DNA from: Micropruina sp.
GTDB lineage: Bacteria; Actinomycetota; Actinomycetes; Propionibacteriales; Propionibacteriaceae
Assembly: GCF_027492755.1 (NCBI RefSeq)
Contig: NZ_JAPUED010000125.1
Span: 1 to 60,661, forward strand
Direction of reading: 5' to 3'
Length of the DNA stretch: 60,661 nucleotides
Of this stretch, positions 28,960 through 40,368 are shown one piece after another. The notes under the pieces were generated by a model that searched no databases, was not told the origin of the DNA, and was given only the letters and a program-made list of their open reading frames with translations. The number at the start of each line of letters is the position of its first letter. Within the stretch, counting starts at the first letter, position 1. The translations under genes were made by a program, and so were the position numbers.

Positions 28960-30195
28960 TCAGCTGAGGCCGTAGGCCTGGTGCACCAGGAAGATCGGGT
29001 GCTCGACCACGGCGCCGGAGCCCTTCCGGATCTGCCAGCGGCAGGTCTCGGTGTCGCACATCGCGAACTCAGGGTTCACCTCGCGCACCTTGTCGAACAG
29101 CGGCTTGCCGACCGCCTGGGCGATCTCGTACTTCTCTTTCTTCAACCCGTAGGTGCCGGCGATGCCGCAGCAGGTGGCGCCCGACTCGATCGCCTCGACG
29201 CCCGGGATCAGCTTCAGCACCTCCATGGCCGGCTGGCCCATGCCCTGCGATTTGAGCTGGCAGGGGGCGTGGTAGACCGCCGTGAGCGGGATCTCGGCGA
29301 AGTCGGTGGGCAGCTCGCCGGCATCGTGCAGCTCCAGCAGGAACTCCATGATGTCGCGGATCCGGGTGCCGACGTCGGCCAGCCGGTCGTCGTCGACGCC
29401 CATGATCTCGTGCGCCTCATGCTTGAGCATGCCGGTGCACGAGCCGGACGACGAGATGATCGTCAGGTCACGTCCGGACGACCGCAACTCGTCGCACAGC
29501 TTGAGCACCTTGGCGGTGGCGCCGTCGAACAGGCCGTTGGACTGTTCGGCCAGGCCGCAGCAGCCCTGCTTGGGCACCAGCACCTCATAGCCGAGATGTT
29601 CCAGCACCTCGATCGACTTCTTCGACGTCTCGACCTCGAAGTAGCCGCCGGCGCAGCCGTGGAAGAAGACGATCGGGCCACGGGTCGGCGCGGGTGCCGT
29701 GCGGGTGCGCTTCTTGAGCCAGCCGGTGATGGTCTGGGTGTTGGCGTGCGGCATCGGGGCGTCACGGTGGATGCCCAGCACCTTCTCGACCACGGTACGC
29801 AGCGGTTTGATGGACAGCGCGGCGTTGGCCACCGGCGCCAGCGGCGTCATCGCCCGGCCCATCAGCGTGGTCTGGGTGATCAGCCGGTCGCGCAACGGCA
29901 TCTCGTCGGCCTTCATCACCGCACGGGCCTGACCGTTCAACTCGGCGATCTTGACCCCCTGCGGGCAGGCCAGCGTGCACGCGCCGCACGAACTGCAGTA
30001 GTCGAGCGAGTGGTCGACCGATTCGCCGTGCCGGAACCGCTCCGCCTGCGGGCCGACGAACTTCGGCCCGGTGAACTTCGGGGTGACCGCGGCCACCGGG
30101 CAGTGCGTCTCACAGATCGTGCACTTCACACAGTGGTCGAGGGACGCCCGGGCGACCTGCGTCTGGGCGAACTCGATGCCCTCGGAGGGGTTCAT
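28960..30195 (-). CDS. glpC: Anaerobic glycerol-3-phosphate dehydrogenase subunit C
   Basis: CVKCTICETHCP and CSSCGACTLACP ferredoxin motifs; two CCG domains. Confidence 0.95.
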   Translation of the reverse strand: MNPSEGIEFAQTQVARASLDHCVKCTICETHCPVAAVTPKFTGPKFVGPQAERFRHGESVDHSLDYCSSCGACTLACPQGVKIAELNGQARAVMKADEMPLRDRLITQTTLMGRAMTPLAPVANAALSIKPLRTVVEKVLGIHRDAPMPHANTQTITGWLKKRTRTAPAPTRGPIVFFHGCAGGYFEVETSKKSIEVLEHLGYEVLVPKQGCCGLAEQSNGLFDGATAKVLKLCDELRSSGRDLTIISSSGSCTGMLKHEAHEIMGVDDDRLADVGTRIRDIMEFLLELHDAGELPTDFAEIPLTAVYHAPCQLKSQGMGQPAMEVLKLIPGVEAIESGATCCGIAGTYGLKKEKYEIAQAVGKPLFDKVREVNPEFAMCDTETCRWQIRKGSGAVVEHPIFLVHQAYGLS

Positions 30196-31475
30196 GAGGC
30201 TGCTCCTTCGGTCGTGGCGGACGATGCTGCGGCAAGGATCGAATCGGCGGCTTTCACGGCGCTGGCGACGGCGATGCCCTCGCCGGATTTCTCCTGCCAG
30301 CGGGTGGCGCCGGCCAGGATGCCGCCGGCGGCGTACAGGTTGTCGTAGACCGCGTCGCCGCCGGGATGGCGAACCAGCAGGTCTGGACCGGTTTCGACGC
30401 CGACGAGGAACAGCGGCTGCGGATCGCCCCAGTAATCAGCATGCACCAGGGCACCCTCCGGACGTCGCAGCGGCAGGTCGAAGATCGACTCGCGCAGGTT
30501 GTGGCGCGAGTCGGCATGCAGTGCCCCCGACTCGAAACCACCGGTGGAGAGCAGGAACGCGTCAGCCGCGAACTCGCGGATGCCGCCGGCGGTGGCCAGT
30601 TGCACACAGGCGACCGATCCGCCCGGGCTGCGGTAGCCGGTCACCTTGCTGCCCGGCACCACCCGGACGCCGGACGCCTTCGCCACCGCGGTGAGGGTGC
30701 GGTTCAACCGCATGCCGGGCACGGACGGCGGGGGCAGCGGGATCTCGAAGACCGGGGCGCCGATCAGGTCGGCGATGTCGCTCCAGGCGTTGTGGTCGTC
30801 CAAGCCGAGGACGGCCGGCAGACCGACGCTCTCGCCCTCGGCCACCAGCGGTTTGACCGCTTCGGCGAACCGCTTGCGGGTGGCCGGGTCGTCCAGCGCC
30901 CGGGCGTAGGTCAAGCCCGAGGAGTCGACCTCGCCCTCGCGGGCCGGGAAGCCCAGCATCACCGGACGCGCCTCGAGTCGCCCGCCACCCGGCAGGTCGG
31001 TGCGGTTCAGGTTGTGGGCGACCAGTTCGGGATAGAAGTCCTTGAGCTGTTTGAGGCCGATGATCACGAACTTCGCACCGTCGACGCAGGCGCCCGCGGT
31101 CATGCTGGGCGAGGCCAGCGCGGTGGGCCGGACGGCGCCGACCGCGGTGGGCAACTGCAGATTGACCGCAGGATCACCGACCAGCAGCTCGGCACCGACC
31201 AACTCGGCGACGTAGCTCGCGGACGCGCCGACCAGTTCGGCGTCCAGGAACGCGTAGGGATGGTCAGGGTTGGCCTGCGCGAAGTCGCCCAGCGCGTCCA
31301 GCGGTCGCTCCACGCGGTCGGGGGCGTAGCCGAGAATGTCGATCGTGCCCTGGGAGAGCTGCAGGCCGCCGGTGCCCTTGGCCAGCAGGGTCACCGCCGC
31401 GCCGCCCCGGGCCAGCCGAATGGCTGCGACCAGTCCGGAGACGCCGGCTCCGATCACCACGACGCGCGTCATCAC
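30192..31475 (-). CDS. glpB: Anaerobic glycerol-3-phosphate dehydrogenase subunit B
   Basis: GAGVSG FAD motif, PAVLG, PPSVPGMRL, SGEGIAVAS. Confidence 0.95.
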   Translation of the reverse strand: MMTRVVVIGAGVSGLVAAIRLARGGAAVTLLAKGTGGLQLSQGTIDILGYAPDRVERPLDALGDFAQANPDHPYAFLDAELVGASASYVAELVGAELLVGDPAVNLQLPTAVGAVRPTALASPSMTAGACVDGAKFVIIGLKQLKDFYPELVAHNLNRTDLPGGGRLEARPVMLGFPAREGEVDSSGLTYARALDDPATRKRFAEAVKPLVAEGESVGLPAVLGLDDHNAWSDIADLIGAPVFEIPLPPPSVPGMRLNRTLTAVAKASGVRVVPGSKVTGYRSPGGSVACVQLATAGGIREFAADAFLLSTGGFESGALHADSRHNLRESIFDLPLRRPEGALVHADYWGDPQPLFLVGVETGPDLLVRHPGGDAVYDNLYAAGGILAGATRWQEKSGEGIAVASAVKAADSILAAASSATTEGAAS

Positions 31476-33049
31476 ACGACCTCCTCATGAGTCGGGCCAG
31501 GCAGGTGTTCGACGTCCAGCGTGCCCTGGAAGATCCAGTTGTCCAGCGCGGTCTGCCGGACCTGGTCGCCGTAGAGGATCGGCCAGATGCCGATCCAGCG
31601 GTTCTTCAGGAACAGCCGCACCAGGCCGGTGGCCCGCTCGATGTCGATGTGCTCGGACTGCAGCGCCACCCCGGTGGCGCGCATCGAGCAGAAGCCGCCC
31701 TGACAAGGGCCCATACCGAGTCGCAGCTGGCGACGCAGGTCGTCGAAGCTGCCCTTGGGCTGATCGGCCAGGGCCCGGGTGAACATGCCCTTGCTCATCA
31801 ACTCGCACTCGCACAGGATCTGGTCCTCGGTGCGGTCGTGCTCGCGCTCTTCGAGCCGGTGGGTGATGACGTAGTTCTTCTTGTCCTCCGAGCCGGGGCA
31901 CTGCTCGTCGGCCGTCCGGCAGGGACGGGTCTCGCCCAGCTGGGCGCACATCGCATTCACCACGTTCTCGGCCATCAGCCGGTAGGTGGTCAGCTTGCCG
32001 CCGGCGATGGTGAGCAGGCCCTTGAGGCCGTCGCGTTCGGAGTGGTCGATGATCGACATGCCACGGCTCATGTGCCGCGTGTCTCCGGAGCCGACCCGGG
32101 AATCCTTGACCAGCGGGCGGGCACCCGCCCAGGCGTGGATGGCGCGCGCGTTGCGGAAGCCGGGCACCAGCAGTTCGCCGCAGTCCATCATCTGCTGCAC
32201 CTCGTCCCAGGCGATCTGCAGCTTGTCCGGGTCGTCGGCCTTCTGGTCGGTCGTGCCGATGATGCACACGGTGTGCACCGGCACCAGGATGTCGCCGTCG
32301 GCGGGGTAGGTGAGCCGATTGATCACCGAATTCGTCAGCCGGTGATTCATCGCGATCATGATGCCCGCGCCGGGCACTACCTGGACGTCGGGGCAGTCGG
32401 CCATGTGGGCGATCTGGCCACCCCATGCGGCGGCGCAGTTGAGCACGAAGTTGGTGTTGATCCGGACTTCCTCGCCGGTCTTCTCGTCGGTGCAGACCAC
32501 CTGGGAGACCCGGTCGCCGTCGCGGTTGATCTTGGTCACCCGGTGATAGGTGAGGATCTTCGCGCCGTACTGCTTGGCCGAGTTGGCGGCGCTCCAGACG
32601 AGCTGCCAGCCGTCGACCGAGCCGTCCTCGACCTTGAAGGCGCGGGAGATCTTCGGGTTGACCCGCGGTTCGGCCTTCAGCACCTCGGCGACCGAGACCT
32701 CCTCGAACGGCACTTTGGTGTCGGTGGCGCCCTTGGCCCAGTCGTCGCCCCAGGCCGGGTCGTCGACGTGGGTGGCGACGAAGTAGCCGCCGGTGCGCTC
32801 CACGGCGTGGGACTGGATGCGGGTGACGATCGCGTTCTCCTCGGCACACTCGGTGGCTGAGTGCGGGTCACTGACCACGTAGCGACCGCCGGAGTGCAGC
32901 AGCCCGTGATAGCGGCCGGTGGTGCCCTGTCCGAGGTCGGCCCGGTCGACCAGGATCGCGGAATAGCCGCGCATGGCGACATCACGGACGACGCCGGCGC
33001 CGGTGGATCCTCCGCCCACCACCACGACGTCTGCGGTAAGGGTCTTCAC
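31472..33049 (-). CDS. glpA: Anaerobic glycerol-3-phosphate dehydrogenase subunit A
   Basis: GGGSTG, GTTGRYHGLLHSGGRY, GGKLTTYRLMAE, CECE and GMGPCQGGFC (BFD-like 2Fe-2S). Confidence 0.96.
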   Translation of the reverse strand: MKTLTADVVVVGGGSTGAGVVRDVAMRGYSAILVDRADLGQGTTGRYHGLLHSGGRYVVSDPHSATECAEENAIVTRIQSHAVERTGGYFVATHVDDPAWGDDWAKGATDTKVPFEEVSVAEVLKAEPRVNPKISRAFKVEDGSVDGWQLVWSAANSAKQYGAKILTYHRVTKINRDGDRVSQVVCTDEKTGEEVRINTNFVLNCAAAWGGQIAHMADCPDVQVVPGAGIMIAMNHRLTNSVINRLTYPADGDILVPVHTVCIIGTTDQKADDPDKLQIAWDEVQQMMDCGELLVPGFRNARAIHAWAGARPLVKDSRVGSGDTRHMSRGMSIIDHSERDGLKGLLTIAGGKLTTYRLMAENVVNAMCAQLGETRPCRTADEQCPGSEDKKNYVITHRLEEREHDRTEDQILCECELMSKGMFTRALADQPKGSFDDLRRQLRLGMGPCQGGFCSMRATGVALQSEHIDIERATGLVRLFLKNRWIGIWPILYGDQVRQTALDNWIFQGTLDVEHLPGPTHEEVV

Positions 33050-33256
33050 TGCATCCTCCGATCGAATGGGTGGAGTCGTGGGCCACGACGTCCACCCGAT
33101 GGACCTTGCCGGGTCAGGTCGTTCCCACGCTCCCCACTGCCACGATGCTGTGCGGACGCGCTAGTCACAGCCCGATCAAAGCGCACGCTACTCCAGCGGG
33201 ACGGGCATCTGATATAGCTCAGGCCTCACATTAACAACACTCTTTTCTTGCCTTTT

Positions 33257-35017
33257 TCACATCGGTTGTGAACGCAGGAAGGTGAGGTCGTCGCTGCTCA
33301 GCCGGTGTCTGATCAGCACCACCTGGTAGGGATTCCAGGTCGACAGCGTGTAGCGCAGGACGATGCCGTCACCGTCGGCGCGGGCGTCGAAGAAGTAGGG
33401 TGCGTAGGCCGCCCCGGTGGAGCTGTCCTGGCCCCGGAAGATGGCGTCGCCGACCGGATCGCTGCCGTCGGCGGCGAACCGGATGAACCGCCGGGTGTGA
33501 TCGCCGGGACTCATCCCGCCGGCGATCCAGTCCAGCAGCCGCAGCCGCTGCGACCAGGGTCCCCACGGTTCGGACGCGCTGCGCAACAGCACGGCCGGGC
33601 CGGCCGGATCGTCCGGCCCGGCCATGGTGAGCATCAGATACCGCCCGATCTCGGGTATCCAGCGCACCGAGAGTTCGCCGAGCGCACCAGGGGTGAGCAG
33701 TGGCACCGCGTCCGATTCGAGTGGCGACCACGACCCGGGTCCGGCCCAGTACTCGACGGTGGTCAGGAACGGCCGGGCGTCGCCGCGCCGCAAACCGGAC
33801 GCCACGCCGGGCGCGGTCAGGTCGACCCGAGCCAGCCGGACGTCGTCGGTCCGGTAGGCACCGGTGCCCCAGATCAGCAGGTAGCGGCCTCGGCGTTGTA
33901 CCGACACATTGATGAAGCGGTGGTCGGAGAAGGTGGCCAGGAAGCGGAAGCCGATCGGACGCCGCCGCCGAGCGGGCTCGATCGCCAACCCGGGCGCGGT
34001 GGCCCGGGCCAGCACGCTGCGGCCCATCGTCTGGTGCCGCCGGAAGTGGTTGGAGGTGAAGAAGGCGTACAGCTCGCCGTCGAGACTGAAGGCGTCCAGC
34101 GGCACGTCGTACTCGCGCATGGTGGTCCGTCCGCCGCGCAGCCGCAGCGGCGAGCCGTGGAACCGGACGGTGGGCAGTTCGGCCCCCGGTTCGAGCACCT
34201 CGGCGATGGCATCGCGGGTGCCGAGCCAGGGGCGTCCGGCCCAATGGGTGTCGCCGAACAGCAGGAAGCTGCGCCCGGCATGCTCGAACCGGACGCCGAG
34301 ATCGGTGCCCCGCACGCCCGAACGGGACTCGGACGCGGACAGCGTGCGCACCAGGCCGCCCGGCTGGCTGTCCCGCTCGCCGCTGACCTGGGCCACCTTG
34401 GTCGACGGCTCCCCGGCGTCGATGACACCCTGATGGTCGGCCAGCCGCAGGCAGGCATGCCGCATCCATCGGACGCCGCCGGCACGCACCTGTCGATGCA
34501 GGTGATAGAGGGAGCCGTCCACCTGCACCAGGGCCTGCACCCAGCCGTCGGCCAGCCGGGTGCGTGCGGTTGCGACCGCGACCAATCGACCCGACCCCCA
34601 CTCGCGGGCATCCCAGGGGCCGTCCCACACCGGCCGGGAGTCGTCCGGGGCGTCCAGACCGGGCCCGAGCCGGCGCCAGCGATTCGGCCGCGCCGCATTC
34701 ACGGCCCACGCGTAGCTGATCACCCCGTCCGATTCAGGCACCGAAGCAACCAGTTCGTGTGCCTCGGTGCCGGGACGCCCTCGCTGCCACAGCGCCGCCG
34801 GGCCCACAGCCGCCGTGCTGATCGCGTCGCCGCGCAACCACGGAGTGTCCGGACGGCCCTGCCCGTGGAAATAGTGATGAATGGTCAGCGTGCCGTCACC
34901 GTTGTCGGCGCCGATCACCGCCTCGAGCCGGTGCGGCGCGCCCGGCGGCGTCCACCAGGCGGGGCGGTCGTCCGATTCCAGCAGCGAGCCGGGCCCGATC
35001 AGGGGTGGCCAGATCAT
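33257..35017 (-). CDS. DUF4185 domain protein with an extra N-terminal region
   Basis: C-terminal GTDLG, LLFGDT, GELSVRW, PWGPWS, YAPY and STWNPYQV motifs; about 220 aa unassigned N-terminus; no signal peptide evident. Confidence 0.75.
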   Translation of the reverse strand: MIWPPLIGPGSLLESDDRPAWWTPPGAPHRLEAVIGADNGDGTLTIHHYFHGQGRPDTPWLRGDAISTAAVGPAALWQRGRPGTEAHELVASVPESDGVISYAWAVNAARPNRWRRLGPGLDAPDDSRPVWDGPWDAREWGSGRLVAVATARTRLADGWVQALVQVDGSLYHLHRQVRAGGVRWMRHACLRLADHQGVIDAGEPSTKVAQVSGERDSQPGGLVRTLSASESRSGVRGTDLGVRFEHAGRSFLLFGDTHWAGRPWLGTRDAIAEVLEPGAELPTVRFHGSPLRLRGGRTTMREYDVPLDAFSLDGELYAFFTSNHFRRHQTMGRSVLARATAPGLAIEPARRRRPIGFRFLATFSDHRFINVSVQRRGRYLLIWGTGAYRTDDVRLARVDLTAPGVASGLRRGDARPFLTTVEYWAGPGSWSPLESDAVPLLTPGALGELSVRWIPEIGRYLMLTMAGPDDPAGPAVLLRSASEPWGPWSQRLRLLDWIAGGMSPGDHTRRFIRFAADGSDPVGDAIFRGQDSSTGAAYAPYFFDARADGDGIVLRYTLSTWNPYQVVLIRHRLSSDDLTFLRSQPM

Positions 35018-35023
35018 CGCGGG

Positions 35024-35974
35024 CTACAGCCTGGCCAGCACCGCGCGGGCGGTGCCCTCGTCGATCACCAGGTCGGTGGTGGTGCCCGCCCGCAGTGCAC
35101 CGACGACCGCACCAGCCCGGGAGGGGTCGGCGACCACGCAGAACCGGCGGGTCACCTGGGCCAGCTCCGACGGGGTCAGGCCGGTCGCCCGGGCGTTGAA
35201 GTCGATGTCGGTCCACGACCCGTCCTCGCGCAGCAGCACCGTCGACACGTCGCCGACCACGCCGTCAGCGGCCAACCGGCGTACCTCATCGTCGTCGAGG
35301 TAGCCGGAGGAATAGACGTGTGAGGGCACTTGTGCGTTGATGCAACCCACCCCGAACACCGCGACGTCCATGCGGTGCAGCAGCGTGATGACGTTCTGCA
35401 CCGAGCGTTCGCGCCACATCGCCCGCTTCGTGCTGGCGTAGTCGAAGAAGGCCGGCACCGGGAAGTAGACGACCCGCGAGTTGAAGGCGTCGCCGACGGT
35501 GGTCAGGATCTCGCCCACATACGGGATGCCCGAGGACCATTGATTGGTGCCGCCGTTCATCTGCACCACGGTGGCGCCCGCCAGCGGCCGGGGCATCAGA
35601 TGACGCACGACCTGCGAGGTGGTGACGCCCCAAGCCACCCCGATCACCTGGTGGTCCTCGACGGCTTCGGACAACAGCCGTCCGGCCACCCGTGCGACCT
35701 GATCGAGCCGGCGTCCGTCGGAGGCACCGTCGCGGACGCCGACCAGATGCACCCGGACGCCGAACGCGCGGGTCAGCGCAGCGGCCAGCGGTGAGCGCGA
35801 GCCATTGTGATGGGCGAGGCTGATTCGCACCAGCCCCGAACCGCGGGCTTGCTTCAGCAGGCGGCTGATCGTCGAGCGGGACAAGCCGAGTTGACGGGCG
35901 ATGGATTCCATCGTTTCGCCCTGGATGTAGTAGCGGGAGGCCGCTTCGTACATGTCGTCGTAGCGGTCGTTCAT
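35024..35974 (-). CDS. SorC/DeoR-type sugar-binding transcriptional regulator
   Basis: AASRYYIQG..MESIA..LGLSRSTISRLL..AR, GVAWGVT, VGDV, DLVIDE; ATG at 35974 with GGGAG RBS. Confidence 0.93.
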   Translation of the reverse strand: MNDRYDDMYEAASRYYIQGETMESIARQLGLSRSTISRLLKQARGSGLVRISLAHHNGSRSPLAAALTRAFGVRVHLVGVRDGASDGRRLDQVARVAGRLLSEAVEDHQVIGVAWGVTTSQVVRHLMPRPLAGATVVQMNGGTNQWSSGIPYVGEILTTVGDAFNSRVVYFPVPAFFDYASTKRAMWRERSVQNVITLLHRMDVAVFGVGCINAQVPSHVYSSGYLDDDEVRRLAADGVVGDVSTVLLREDGSWTDIDFNARATGLTPSELAQVTRRFCVVADPSRAGAVVGALRAGTTTDLVIDEGTARAVLARL

Positions 35975-35990
35975 TTGTTCTCCCTTTGCT

Positions 35991-36004
35991 TGCACGTTCG
36001 TGCA
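35991..36004. promoter_or_regulatory. Candidate operator palindrome TGCACG-TT-CGTGCA
   Basis: Perfect 6-bp arms 16 nt upstream of the SorC-type regulator, in the divergent region shared with glpF. Confidence 0.55.
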
Positions 36005-36215
36005 CAGACCTAGCGCATGTGTTCGAGCCTGGCAAGACTTGGCACGACGGCCGGAAGCGGACGGCCGTCCGGGGGCCGGTCGCAAAGGTGGCGACCCCCT
36101 CCGACACCCTCTCGCCTCCCCGCCGATCCAACCGATCGGCGACGTAAGGAAAAAGGCGGCCGGGGATCCCGGCCTCCATATTTGGCATCGCTAGCGGTGC
36201 CTGAAGGGAGTCACA

Positions 36216-36980
36216 GTGAATCTCGCAACCATCTTCCTCTCCGAAGTCGTCGGCACGGCCATGCTGCTGCTGCTCGGTGCCGGCGTGGTTGCCAACAACA
36301 TCCTGCCGAAGAACAAGGGCAACGGCGGCGGTTTCCTGATGGTCAACTGGGGCTGGGGTCTCGCGGTCTTCTCCGGCGTCCTGGTCTCGTACAAGTCGGG
36401 CGGGCACCTGAACCCGGCCGTCACCCTGGGCCTGGCGGCCTCGGGAGTCAAAGAGTTCGTTCCCGGCATCCCGGTCAACGCGGCCTCCATCTTCACCTAT
36501 CTGAGCGCCCAGCTGATCGGCGCCTTCCTGGGTGCGGTGCTGGCCTGGCTGGCTTACAAGAAGCAATTCGACGAGGACGCCCCGGACGGCTTCAAGCTGG
36601 GCGTCTTCTCGACCGGTCCGGAGATCCGCAGCCCGCTGTGGAACGTGATCACTGAGGCCATCGGTACCTTCGTGCTGGTGTTCGTCGTGATTGCGGCCGG
36701 GCATTGGGGCGATTCGAGCACCCACACACCCGCCGGCCTCGGCTGGCTGGGCGCTCTGGGTGTGGCGCTGCTGGTGGTCGTGATCGGCACCAGCCTCGGC
36801 GGCCCGACCGGGTACGCGATCAACCCGGCTCGTGACCTCGGTCCGCGCATCGCGCACGCCATCCTGCCGATCCCCAACAAGGGCTCCTCCGATTGGGGCT
36901 ACTCGTGGGTACCGGTCGTCGGCCCGATCATCGGCGGCGTGATCGCCGGCGTTACCTCCGGATTCCTGCTGCCGGCCTGA
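36216..36980 (+). CDS. glpF: Glycerol uptake facilitator (MIP/aquaglyceroporin)
   Basis: SGGHLNPAVT and GYAINPARDLGPR NPA motifs. Confidence 0.95.
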   Translation: MNLATIFLSEVVGTAMLLLLGAGVVANNILPKNKGNGGGFLMVNWGWGLAVFSGVLVSYKSGGHLNPAVTLGLAASGVKEFVPGIPVNAASIFTYLSAQLIGAFLGAVLAWLAYKKQFDEDAPDGFKLGVFSTGPEIRSPLWNVITEAIGTFVLVFVVIAAGHWGDSSTHTPAGLGWLGALGVALLVVVIGTSLGGPTGYAINPARDLGPRIAHAILPIPNKGSSDWGYSWVPVVGPIIGGVIAGVTSGFLLPA

Positions 36981-37094
36981 ACCGGAGCATCCGAAACCTG
37001 GTTCCGGACGGCCGGGCGATAAATCGCTGGCCTTGCCGTCCGGCACCGGGCACCATGTACCTCAAGCCGCTACAAAGATGTGGGAAGGAACACA

Positions 37095-38609
<1,515 letters not shown>

Positions 38610-38616
38610 TTCCTTT

Positions 38617-38658
38617 CACACGGCCCGCCCCCGGAGTTTCCCGGTGGCGGGCCGTGTG
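38617..38658 (+). terminator. Stem-loop after glpK
   Basis: CACACGGCCCGCC ... GGCGGGCCGTGTG 13-bp outer stem. Confidence 0.7.
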
Positions 38659-38716
38659 CATTTCCGCCGGCTTTGTCGGCGTTGCCCGATTTCCGTCCTG
38701 ACCAAAGGAGGATCAG

Positions 38717-39352
38717 ATGGCCGGTTCGCTGACCGACGCCGAGTTCGTCGTCCGTTCGCTCACCCAGACCGTCATCGACAACGAGAGCTATTTCGGCGAG
38801 TTGGACGCGGTCGTCGGCGACGGTGACTTCGGCTATTCCCTCGCCCGCGGTTTCGAGGTGGTCGCCGAGAACTGGGACGACTACGACCGCACCGACGCGG
38901 GTGTGTTCCTGACCAAGATCGCGATGGCCATCTCGGGCCGGATGGGCGGCACGTCCGGGCCGATCTGGGGCACGGCCATGCTCCGGATGGGCTCATCGCT
39001 GAAAGGCAAGGAGGAGTTCACCGCCACCGACGTGGTGGCGGGACTGCGCGCCGCGGTGGCCGGAATTCAGGCGCGTGGCAAGGCCGAACTCGGCGAGAAG
39101 ACGCTGCTCGACGCACTGGTGCCGGCGATCGACACCCTCGAGCAACAGATCGCCGCGGGGGTCAGCTCCGCCGAGGCGGTCGCCATGATGGCTGCCGCTG
39201 CCCGCAAAGCCGCGGACGACACAGCCCAGCTGCAGGCGCGCCGCGGGCGCGCCAGTTACACCGGTGAACGCAGCATCGGTTCGGTGGATGCCGGCGCCAT
39301 GGCCGTCGCCGTCATCCTCGAACGCCTGGCCGAGCAGTGGCCGACCCAATGA
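38717..39352 (+). CDS. dhaL: Dihydroxyacetone kinase ADP-binding subunit L
   Basis: LDAVVGDGDFG, GGTSGP.WG, GEKTLLD, GRASY, DAGA. Confidence 0.93.
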   Translation: MAGSLTDAEFVVRSLTQTVIDNESYFGELDAVVGDGDFGYSLARGFEVVAENWDDYDRTDAGVFLTKIAMAISGRMGGTSGPIWGTAMLRMGSSLKGKEEFTATDVVAGLRAAVAGIQARGKAELGEKTLLDALVPAIDTLEQQIAAGVSSAEAVAMMAAAARKAADDTAQLQARRGRASYTGERSIGSVDAGAMAVAVILERLAEQWPTQ

Positions 39353-39371
39353 GAGGCATGGAGGAGAAACC

Positions 39372-40367
39372 ATGAAGAAGTTCGTCAACGACCCCAAGCA
39401 GTTCGTGCCCGAGATGCTCAAGGGCATCGCCCTGGCCAACCCGGACACCATCACCTACGTGCCCGAGTACAACCTGATCATGCGCTCGGACGCGCCCAAC
39501 AACAACAAGGTGAGTATCGTCCAGGGTTCGGGCTCGGGTCACGAGCCGGCGCACGTGATGGCAGTTGGCCCGGGCATGCTGGACGCCGCCTGTCCGGGCG
39601 ACGTGTTCGCCGCGCCGCCGGCCGACTACGTCTTCGAGACGGCGAAACGAGTGGCGTCCGACAAGGGCGTATTGCTGCTGGTGAATAACTACACCGGTGA
39701 CCGGATGGCCTTCGAGATGGCGCAGGAACTGGCCGAGGCCGAGGACATCAAGTGCGCCACCTTGTTCATCGACGACGATGTCGCCGTGCAGGACTCCACC
39801 TGGACGGTCGGACGACGTGGCGTGGCCGGGAACTTCTTCGTGATCAAGGCGGTCGGGGCCAAAGCGGAGGAGGGCGCCGAACTCGACGAGGTGATCCGGG
39901 TCGGCGAGAAGGTGAACAGCGTCGCCCGCACCATGGGCATCGCGCTCACCGCCTGCACCCCGCCGGCGAAAGGTTCGCCGCTGTTCGAGTTGGCCGACGA
40001 CGAGATGGAGGTCGGGGTCGGCATTCACGGCGAGCCCGGACGGCGGCGCGCCAAGCTGGTCACCGCCGACGAGATCGTCGACGAACTGTTGGGTGCGGTG
40101 GTACCCGATCTGCCGTTCAGCTCGGGTGACCGGGTGGCGCTGATGATCAACGGTCTCGGTGGGACGCCGATCAGTGAGCTCTACCTGCTGTTCGGCATCG
40201 CCGCGCAGAAGCTGGCCGATCAGGGCATCACGGTGGCCCGCAGCTATGTGGGTGAGTACTGCACCAGCCTGGAGATGGCGGGAGCGTCGCTCACCCTGGT
40301 GCGACTGGACGACGAGATCGAGGCACTGCTGGCCGCGCCGGCGTCCATCGTGAACCGGATCTTCTGA
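39372..40367 (+). CDS. dhaK: Dihydroxyacetone kinase substrate-binding subunit K
   Basis: GSGSGHEPAH, NYTGD, RRGVAG, GIHGEPG, TSLEM; GAGGAG RBS. Confidence 0.95.
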   Translation: MKKFVNDPKQFVPEMLKGIALANPDTITYVPEYNLIMRSDAPNNNKVSIVQGSGSGHEPAHVMAVGPGMLDAACPGDVFAAPPADYVFETAKRVASDKGVLLLVNNYTGDRMAFEMAQELAEAEDIKCATLFIDDDVAVQDSTWTVGRRGVAGNFFVIKAVGAKAEEGAELDEVIRVGEKVNSVARTMGIALTACTPPAKGSPLFELADDEMEVGVGIHGEPGRRRAKLVTADEIVDELLGAVVPDLPFSSGDRVALMINGLGGTPISELYLLFGIAAQKLADQGITVARSYVGEYCTSLEMAGASLTLVRLDDEIEALLAAPASIVNRIF

Positions 40368-40368
40368 C

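Noticed and set aside
33256-33272. TTCACA-N5-TGTGAA as a Rex or CRP site for glpABC
   Set aside because: Half-sites are in the opposite order to Rex (TTGTGAA-N4-TTCACAA) and CRP (TGTGA-N6-TCACA).
36151-36177. Hairpin with A-tract upstream of glpF as a riboswitch or GlpP-type attenuator
   Set aside because: The T-tract is on the minus strand, no aptamer is recognisable, and no antiterminator gene is present.
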